Virus record (IMG/VR): IMGVR_UViG_3300047472_000309
Span: 62,001-126,000 of that record
Strand: one strand, 5' to 3'
Length of the DNA: 64,000 bases
Below, piece after piece: positions 57,298 to 64,000 of this stretch. How positions within the stretch are numbered: position 1 is the stretch's first letter; the number at the start of each line of letters is the position of its first letter. The position numbers were made by a program, and so were the translations under genes. The notes beneath the pieces are model-generated. The model did no database searches and had not been told where the DNA came from. It worked only from the letters and a program-made list of their open reading frames with translations.

Positions 57298-59427
57298 ATG
57301 AAACGACGCATGAGCCTGGAGAGCATTGCTGCTCTGGGTATGGAATCCTTCGACTCGTCCCCCACAGGCAATGTTCAGCCGACGATGCAGGGCGAAACCC
57401 CGGAGCAGCCCCTCATCACCGCAGGCTACAACGAATCACCCTTCAGTGGTTCGGAGAACTATGCAGCGGAGAAGCTGGCCCAGCGAGTCAAGGAAGCCAT
57501 CGAGAAGCCGCTCTTTCCGGTGCGCTACGCTTCGGAAGCTGACGCCATCGTGGTGGACGACGATGAATTCGACGCGCTGATTCGTTCCTCGACAGCTGCC
57601 ACGTCGGTCTGGGACGACGACAGCCAGGTCTCGCTTGAAGCCAAGGACAGCAACAAGCTGGCGGTCGCCAAGAACAAGCTGCACGGGCGCTTTAAGAAGA
57701 TGTTTGAGGGCTGGAAAGATGGCTGGCGCACCATGCCCGGTCTCATCAAGAAGTACGAGGCACGGCTCGCCGAGCTGCAGAAGGAACTCAACGGCACGAT
57801 CATCCGCGGCCCGCTCGATGTGAATCTCTCGGGCCTGTGGCAGCACTTCTCCAACGACGCCGGTCCGATCCACAACAACTTCATGCACAAGGTGCAGGAG
57901 GACTTGGCGTTCTCGAGCTATATCCTCGGCGACTTCTCCAAGGAAGCGATGGCTCAGCTGCGTAAGCTGGAGATGGCCCTGCACACGGGTCAAGGCAACT
58001 CCGACGAAGAAGCCAAGCGCACAGCACTGGATCTCGAGAAGCTCGAAGCCCCCTCGATGTACCTGGACCACAAGTGGATGTGTGTCTCGGGTGAGCAACC
58101 GTATCTGTCGGTCACGGGTATCTACGCCAACCAAGGGCGTGTGCCGCGTCCCGTGGCGATTGGTGGCATGTCGATGGAGAAGCTCGCCAAGATGGCGATG
58201 CCGTTCCATGTACGCGAGTACGGCTCATTCCTGCACGGCATGAAGAAGCTCTTCGTGAACGGTAGCAAGGCGAACGTGCGTTTGACTGAGAACGATCTGG
58301 AGAACCTGCTCAAGGCCGGTCAGACGTACCTGGAAGGTGCGCGCAGCTACATGGATAACTACCATAACAGCTGGCCGATCTTCCGGCGTATTGACGAGTC
58401 GCTTGAGCTGATCTGGAAGGACTTCGATCTGACGGACTACTCGATCACGCTGGGCGATGAAGAGGACGAAGACGCCGTGGAAATCAGCTGGCAGACGTCG
58501 GGTACCGGTGACGTGACACGCCGCGCTGCCCTCTACGACCAGATCCTGATGGTGGTGCAGAACTTCGCCGACTCAGTGGTCGCACCGGGTAGCCACGAAG
58601 CGCATCGCGCGGTGCGGGCAGCGAAGTTCCACTGCTACTTGCTCGAGGCTGCGCTGAAGGCCGCGAAGTCAGCGGCGATGGAAAGCGAGAGTCTTGCGAT
58701 GGAAGCACGCGGCTTTAAGGGTCTGCAATTGGCTCAGGAGTTCTTCTGGAACAATAAGCCTCACAAGCCTGAGGAATACGTGGCGCCTAAGTGGAAGGAC
58801 ATCCCGAAGCCGCAATGGGACCCGAAGCACCCGCCCTCAATCGCTGAATCGGTGAAGGCCCTGCGTGCTGCTATGCAAGAGCACGATCCCGAAGCTCTCA
58901 AGACGTTTAATCGTCCGGCGACTCCTCAGGAGCTGCAAAAGCTCGAAGCCCTGGTCAAGCAACACACCGGCAAAGGTTTGCCCCCGCAATTGGTCGAGCT
59001 GTACAAGATCTCCAATGGCGGTGTGGATAGCTACCGCCACCTGCGTCTGTTTGACTTCGATGATTTCATGCCGATTCAGCAGGTCATCCAAACCTACGAG
59101 TTGTTCTTGCACTTGACCGAGAATGACTGGGCGGGTGACGAGTCGGAGATTGAAACCGGTATGCAAGGCAAGCGGTATTGGGAACCATGGTGGATTCCCT
59201 TCACCGCCAGCGGTAGTGGCGACCATTTCTGCGCGGATGTGAATCCGGGTGGCGGTGGGCAAACTGGTCAGGTGATCGACTGGTGTCATGATTACCACGC
59301 TCGTCGGGTGGCTGCCCCGAGTATTGCAGCATTCTTGGCGATGTCGATTCATCGTCAGTTATACCTGATCCAACACAAGAAGGATTGGGACGCCAAGAAC
59401 GGTGGCGGGCAAGCAGCACAGAAGTAA
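57298..59427 (+). CDS. Internal head protein fused to a C-terminal SMI1/KNR4 (SUKH) domain
   Basis: SLE, GME, SLE, AME, AME sites; C-terminal PAT.QEL.KLE...LP..L.ELY..SNG...WIPF..SGSGD.FC.D..PG..GQ.GQVI.W.HD......APS...FL. Confidence 0.8.
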   Translation: MKRRMSLESIAALGMESFDSSPTGNVQPTMQGETPEQPLITAGYNESPFSGSENYAAEKLAQRVKEAIEKPLFPVRYASEADAIVVDDDEFDALIRSSTAATSVWDDDSQVSLEAKDSNKLAVAKNKLHGRFKKMFEGWKDGWRTMPGLIKKYEARLAELQKELNGTIIRGPLDVNLSGLWQHFSNDAGPIHNNFMHKVQEDLAFSSYILGDFSKEAMAQLRKLEMALHTGQGNSDEEAKRTALDLEKLEAPSMYLDHKWMCVSGEQPYLSVTGIYANQGRVPRPVAIGGMSMEKLAKMAMPFHVREYGSFLHGMKKLFVNGSKANVRLTENDLENLLKAGQTYLEGARSYMDNYHNSWPIFRRIDESLELIWKDFDLTDYSITLGDEEDEDAVEISWQTSGTGDVTRRAALYDQILMVVQNFADSVVAPGSHEAHRAVRAAKFHCYLLEAALKAAKSAAMESESLAMEARGFKGLQLAQEFFWNNKPHKPEEYVAPKWKDIPKPQWDPKHPPSIAESVKALRAAMQEHDPEALKTFNRPATPQELQKLEALVKQHTGKGLPPQLVELYKISNGGVDSYRHLRLFDFDDFMPIQQVIQTYELFLHLTENDWAGDESEIETGMQGKRYWEPWWIPFTASGSGDHFCADVNPGGGGQTGQVIDWCHDYHARRVAAPSIAAFLAMSIHRQLYLIQHKKDWDAKNGGGQAAQK

Positions 59428-59441
59428 GCAGTAAGCGTAGC

Positions 59442-59480
59442 GAGGGAGCGGCTCGAGAGGGCCTGCTCCCTCTTATGCCG
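59442..59480 (+). terminator. Hairpin + TTATGCCG element
   Basis: gagggagcggc..gcctgctccctc t tatgccg. Confidence 0.75.
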
Positions 59481-59542
59481 TAGTTTTATCGCCCCGTGCT
59501 GAATCTTATAGAACTTCTCTCAAACCCTTTATTGGTCCCACT

Positions 59543-60283
59543 ATGAGCCAAACCGACGAGCTGGCACAATGGCTCGAGACTGTGCCCGAAAAAGTTCGTA
59601 AGAACGTGTCGATTGTGACCCCGGTTGAAGTGAAGCAAGACTTCTTCCTGCACATTTCCACGGCCACGAACATCAAGAAGTTTATCCCGTTAATTGGGCG
59701 CCGTCAGGCTTATAGCGAGGATCGTACCGTCCCACGCGTAACGGTGGCTCCTACGCTGCTGGGGTGCTTGATCGGCTACGCGAAGGCCGACCATGACTTT
59801 CGCGAGTACCATTCCACGGGTAAACCCGAACACGGTAACTACAAAGGCGGCTGGAAGATTTACGCGCTCCCTTTCGAAGCAGCCTTAAAACCGAATGCGC
59901 GCATGGTGTACGATGCGCAAGCAAGCGACGAGCACTGGCTGGTGTCGTACTCACGGGAAACCAACGAGTACATCCCGCAAGCGGCGGGTAAGATGTTCTA
60001 CCGGTCACTGCGCCTGATCGGTCGCTCAGGAAAGAAGCCTGCCGGGGAGATGGAGTTGTATGTGGAAGTTACAAAAGAAGACGGGCTTCGTTTTAGTAAG
60101 TCCCACTTCCTCAATCCCGGCTACTACCGCGTGGTTGGACCCGTGCAAGAAAACGTCGCCAGCTGGAAAGACGATAGCGAGTATGTGGTCACCCCCATCG
60201 ACAAGGATGACTACCTCTCCGCCAAGAACGCAGCCGCCGACCTCTTGGGATTCAAAGATCCCCCACCCCATCAGCAGTGGTAA
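59543..60283 (+). CDS. Hypothetical phage protein (possible ART-like fold)
   Basis: LHIS...F.P...EDRTVPRVTVAPTL.GCL...EHW; the fold assignment is a guess. Confidence 0.55.
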   Translation: MSQTDELAQWLETVPEKVRKNVSIVTPVEVKQDFFLHISTATNIKKFIPLIGRRQAYSEDRTVPRVTVAPTLLGCLIGYAKADHDFREYHSTGKPEHGNYKGGWKIYALPFEAALKPNARMVYDAQASDEHWLVSYSRETNEYIPQAAGKMFYRSLRLIGRSGKKPAGEMELYVEVTKEDGLRFSKSHFLNPGYYRVVGPVQENVASWKDDSEYVVTPIDKDDYLSAKNAAADLLGFKDPPPHQQW

Positions 60284-60286
60284 GAA

Positions 60287-61009
60287 ATGAAAAAACCGAC
60301 CTACCTGGAATGGGCGAATTCGCAGATTCGCCCGGTGGCACTCGAAGCACTGGTGCTCGAAGAGCTCGCCCTGGAAAAGGAAGCCACTTTCGACGAAGTG
60401 TATAAGAAAAGTGGCTGGATGAAGAAGATCGGCATGAAGCTGGTCAGTCTGTTTGGCTATGTCCCTGACCTTGCCTTCCAAAAGGAAGACGTGGACATGC
60501 ATGTAGTCCAGCAGATACTCCAGCACAAGGAGCTGCTCCAAGCGGTCTCGGACTGGATCTCGGACACCAACTACGAGTTGCTGCCCAAGCTTCATGAAGC
60601 CAAGAAGGTGTTCGAAGCCATCCAGCGACCCAAGCCCCATCCGATTCTGTACCGGGGCTTCAAGATCAATCCGGGCCAACAGAATTCGGGGATCGCTGAG
60701 CGCTACAAGCAGATGAAGCCGGGTGACAAGTGGCAGCATACTCCGGATAAGCCCATGTCTTTCTCCTGGCATCAGGGGACCACGCGCGCATACGGCGACA
60801 TTATTGTCAGTGCGAACTATAACGCGCTGGCTAAGCGCTGTCTGCACATCACCAACGAGATGGTGGCGGCGCTCTTTCATCTGGACCTGGACGGCAACAT
60901 CGATCCTAACTACGAGATGAAAGCCGAGGCGTACATCTTCACGTACGCTGAGAGCGTGTTCCTGCCTGACGGCAAGCCGATCGAATTCACCCTCGTCTCC
61001 AAGGGTTAA
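60287..61009 (+). CDS. Putative R-S-E ADP-ribosyltransferase with a head-protease-type propeptide
   Basis: ALE...ALE N-terminus; LYRG, MSFS and a late Glu (YAESV) in canonical order. Confidence 0.55.
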   Translation: MKKPTYLEWANSQIRPVALEALVLEELALEKEATFDEVYKKSGWMKKIGMKLVSLFGYVPDLAFQKEDVDMHVVQQILQHKELLQAVSDWISDTNYELLPKLHEAKKVFEAIQRPKPHPILYRGFKINPGQQNSGIAERYKQMKPGDKWQHTPDKPMSFSWHQGTTRAYGDIIVSANYNALAKRCLHITNEMVAALFHLDLDGNIDPNYEMKAEAYIFTYAESVFLPDGKPIEFTLVSKG

Positions 61010-61030
61010 TCCTTTTCACATTGGACCAAC

Positions 61031-62266
61031 ATGAAATCCTTTAACATGCGCGCCGCGCTCGAAGCGCGCCCGATTGAAGACCAAGATCTGGAAGACACCG
61101 CCAAGCCTGCGCCGGACGCAGGTCAGATCGATGGCGACACCACGACGCTCTCCGGCATGGCCAAGCCCGGTCAGAATCCGGTGCCCGATACGGAAAACGT
61201 CGCTACTGAAGGCACTGAGAAGATCGATACGCGTCCGGTGGATCTGGACGATGTCGTCTTGCTCGAGCAAGATCGCCGCGCCTTTGAGCCGCAGTCGGAA
61301 GGCAGTGCTGAGCACGATGCGATCAACGCGCAGAACATCGCCCAGGAAGGCTGGATCAGCAAGAAGTTCGAGAATGTCAAGGACTTCTTCATGCATCGTG
61401 AGAAGGAACTCGAAGATGGCCACACAGCCACCAAAGAGAACCTGGAAGCGATTGCGCGCCTGCGCACCAAGTTGCAAGTACGCGCGGGTGAAGTCACCCG
61501 CGATGCGGACACCGTCACGATCAGCAAGTACGCCAAGTGGCTCTCGATCGACGGCAAACACATCACCGATCCCGCGCGACTGATTCGTGAACTGCAACGC
61601 GTCTACGAGCTCGTGCAATGGTCGGGCAATCTGGATAAAGCCTGGCTCGAGGGCTACAAGTTCGTGGCGGACCAGATCTGGAAGCTCGGCGAGACGGACC
61701 TGAAGAAGGCCAACGAGAATCTGAAGAAGATGTGGGAAGTCACGCGGCCGCAAGGCGCCGAGAAGTGGCTCACGGTTAACAAGCCGGTCCAGTTCAAGGG
61801 CAAGGAATACATCGACAAGCATTCGCCGTTCTTCCTCGGTCAGTGGTGCGTCTTTGAGATCTCCCAAGAAGAAGACAACCATGCACCGGGCGGGATTGTT
61901 GAAATCCAGCGCATGAAGTCGATGAAGGCTGTCGGCGGGGGTGAATTCCCGGCGTTGACCAAGGCCCAGATGAAGCAAGTGCTCGACATCTGTGAAAAGA
62001 TCGAAGCGCATCTGGTGTCCATGACCTTCGATGGCCGCATCATCGATCGTTATCTGGACGCGCTGGATGAATTCGCGTATCGCTATCGCAACTTCAAGTC
62101 GCTGTCGCGCGAAGACCAGACACTCGCTTCGCGTCTGTATGCCTGGGGCCAGCTCATCATGCAGCACGACACGACTTTCCTGCCGACGGCTTTTAGCAAC
62201 CACCTGGTGAAGGTGATGTTGAGCTACGTCGAGAAGTCGATGCGTCGCATTGAAGTCGATCAGTAA
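61031..62266 (+). CDS. Internal head protein
   Basis: Acidic propeptide with ALE, ATE and AQE-G sites, followed by the amphipathic helix GWISKKFENVKDFF. Confidence 0.7.
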   Translation: MKSFNMRAALEARPIEDQDLEDTAKPAPDAGQIDGDTTTLSGMAKPGQNPVPDTENVATEGTEKIDTRPVDLDDVVLLEQDRRAFEPQSEGSAEHDAINAQNIAQEGWISKKFENVKDFFMHREKELEDGHTATKENLEAIARLRTKLQVRAGEVTRDADTVTISKYAKWLSIDGKHITDPARLIRELQRVYELVQWSGNLDKAWLEGYKFVADQIWKLGETDLKKANENLKKMWEVTRPQGAEKWLTVNKPVQFKGKEYIDKHSPFFLGQWCVFEISQEEDNHAPGGIVEIQRMKSMKAVGGGEFPALTKAQMKQVLDICEKIEAHLVSMTFDGRIIDRYLDALDEFAYRYRNFKSLSREDQTLASRLYAWGQLIMQHDTTFLPTAFSNHLVKVMLSYVEKSMRRIEVDQ

Positions 62267-62278
62267 AAGGAGTCCCTC

Positions 62279-63601
62279 GTGGAAGAAGTCAATCAAGAAG
62301 CGACGATCGTCACCCTGAGTGATGACGTCGAATGCAATCGCCTGAACGATGCGCTCGATAAGCTGGGCGAGTTGGGTACGCGACTGCAAGCAGACGGTCA
62401 ACTGACAGTCGACGTGGCGCTCGAACATCAGGCCCTCACCGGTAGCAATACCCTGGTGAATACCTACTACAGCACGCTCGGCAAGCAACAGAAGCTCAAA
62501 GTGGCTCAGGAAGGCCTCTACGAGCAAGCCAAGAGCCTGCTGAAGAAGGCGATGGACCTGCTGTGGGAAATGATCGTCAAGGTCTGGAAGTGGCTGCAAA
62601 AGCTCTTTGTGAATGGCGTGCCCATGACCGAAGCAGCCCTCGCCCGCGAGAACGAGAAGTTTAAGTCCTTCGTGATGCCGGTGCAAAAAGCCGAACGGGT
62701 TCCGAGTTCACGCACTGCCATCATCCAGGCTGTCCGGGAAGAAGGCCTGAACGAAGCGTTCGTGAGCAAGCTCACTCCGGAAGAGATGGACATCTACAAC
62801 GAGGGTCCGTACCATCAGGCAGTGCAGCGCATGATTCCGGCGCTGGATGGCTTCAATGTGGCGAGTGTCGTCGAGACGCTGGTGAAGTGGCACGAGAAAT
62901 GGTTGCCTGCCGGTCGCCAGTTTGATCAGGACAACGCAGGGGCTGATCCCCATGCGCTTCAGGACAAGCTGGAACGCTTCCAGAAGGACGCTCAGACCGA
63001 TCTGGAGCACGCGACCTCCATGGCTACCAAGCTCATGCAGATCCGCCTGGAGAGCTACCAGACGGCTGTGGAAGCCCGTCGAAAACTGAAGGTCGATCCG
63101 AACTTCCATCTCGGTACCGATCTCTCGGGCATCATGGCGCGTGGTGTGCGCATCTACGACCAGTCGGGCTACAAGAAGATGGGTTCGGCCCTGACCGATG
63201 TCTTCAAGTCCCTCGACTCAACGGTCAAGAAGATGGAGTCGATTCGCACCAAGGCCTACCAGAATCCGATGCCCAACGACCATGGCGGGGCCAAAGCGGG
63301 CGAGGAGTGGATCGAGCAGATCTACATGAAGGAAGTCAATCGGATCATTTCGACGCTGCATCAGTGCGTCTCGATGATTCAGTTGATCAACAACTACTAC
63401 TCGTTCGTGGTTGGCTCGGGCAAAACCATCATGAAGTACGTGATGACGGTGGCGCAGAAGGCCATTCAGCACGGTGGTGATGCTGCCTCGCTGCAAGAAA
63501 TCGTGCGTAGCGGTAGTTCGGCACTGATGGGCATGGCTGCAGATGGTTCGCAAATGGCAGCGCAGCAACAAGCTGCCGGTATGCAAACCGACATGGGTTA
63601 A
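62279..63601 (+). CDS. Internal head protein
   Basis: GTG start with AGGAG RBS; ALE and AQE-G sites, followed by an amphipathic helix (KKAMDLLWEMIVKVWKWLQKLF). Confidence 0.7.
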   Translation: MEEVNQEATIVTLSDDVECNRLNDALDKLGELGTRLQADGQLTVDVALEHQALTGSNTLVNTYYSTLGKQQKLKVAQEGLYEQAKSLLKKAMDLLWEMIVKVWKWLQKLFVNGVPMTEAALARENEKFKSFVMPVQKAERVPSSRTAIIQAVREEGLNEAFVSKLTPEEMDIYNEGPYHQAVQRMIPALDGFNVASVVETLVKWHEKWLPAGRQFDQDNAGADPHALQDKLERFQKDAQTDLEHATSMATKLMQIRLESYQTAVEARRKLKVDPNFHLGTDLSGIMARGVRIYDQSGYKKMGSALTDVFKSLDSTVKKMESIRTKAYQNPMPNDHGGAKAGEEWIEQIYMKEVNRIISTLHQCVSMIQLINNYYSFVVGSGKTIMKYVMTVAQKAIQHGGDAASLQEIVRSGSSALMGMAADGSQMAAQQQAAGMQTDMG

Positions 63602-63619
63602 GCGTAAACGACGCTAGAA

Positions 63620-63658
63620 CGGCATACGAGGCCAGGGTTTCCCCTGGCCTCTATGACG
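63620..63658. terminator. Bidirectional CGGCATA-hairpin-TATGACG element
   Basis: cggcatacga ggccaggg tttc ccctggcc tc tatgacg. Confidence 0.78.
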
Positions 63659-63661
63659 CTG

Positions 63662-64000
63662 TTACTGCGGGGTCAGTGGACTGATCGTCACGATCCACTC
63701 ACGCGTATTGGTGAAGTCAAACGCGCAGTCCAGGACGATGTGTTGATACAAACAGTCTGGGTCGCTGCCGTCGGAAATCAGAATGTCAATTCGTCCCTGC
63801 TTGCCGGGGGCGAGTGAGGGGTCGTTTTGGTAAGGCAACGTCGTCAGACGCACCTGCACGATCTTGATGTACAGGTTAAAGGTGTACTTGATCAGGGCCA
63901 TGATCGAGTACGCGGTGGTTTGCGTTTGCGTGTTGGCGAGCAGCCAAGTACGCAGGCCGTCGAGATCCACGGCGGTGTCCGGGACTACGATGGGCGTCGG
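63662..64000 (-). CDS. 3' part of a hypothetical/virion protein (start outside window)
   Basis: Frame is open to the window edge. Confidence 0.55.
   Translation of the reverse strand, partial: PTPIVVPDTAVDLDGLRTWLLANTQTQTTAYSIMALIKYTFNLYIKIVQVRLTTLPYQNDPSLAPGKQGRIDILISDGSDPDCLYQHIVLDCAFDFTNTREWIVTISPLTPQ

Noticed and set aside
1-64000. tRNA/rRNA genes, IS elements or stop-codon reassignment
   Set aside because: No cloverleaf or transposase motifs were seen, and core genes are full length under the standard code, with TAA, TAG and TGA all used as stops

Overview
This window comes from a GC-rich phiKZ-like jumbo myophage (Chimalliviridae-type; the host cannot be determined from sequence). Core genes recognisable by motif are: a virion RNAP beta C-terminal subunit (phiKZ gp149-like), a non-virion RNAP beta N-terminal subunit (gp123-like), major capsid (gp120-like), portal (gp129-like), UvsX/RecA, RNase H, SbcC/Rad50 ATPase, RuvC-like resolvase, DnaB-like helicase, an SF2 helicase, a baseplate spike, and tail fibres (one with a peptidase-S74 chaperone). 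The phiKZ gp equivalents are from recall of the family, not from a search. The most unusual observations are: (1) a cluster of head-cargo genes (55.2-63.6 kb) carrying prohead-protease [S/A/G]-x-E sites, including a head protein fused through a double cleavage linker to an SMI1/KNR4 (SUKH) immunity domain and, two genes downstream, a candidate R-S-E ADP-ribosyltransferase; (2) about 18 intergenic elements of the form hairpin + TATG(C/A)CG whose orientation follows transcription direction, with four stacked behind the capsid gene; (3) five small paralogues of an unknown family, probably related to a P-loop-type domain (38.4-44.2 kb); (4) a GIY-YIG domain fused in frame to RNase H; (5) two separate spanin-like gene pairs. 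No tRNA, rRNA or CRISPR array was found.
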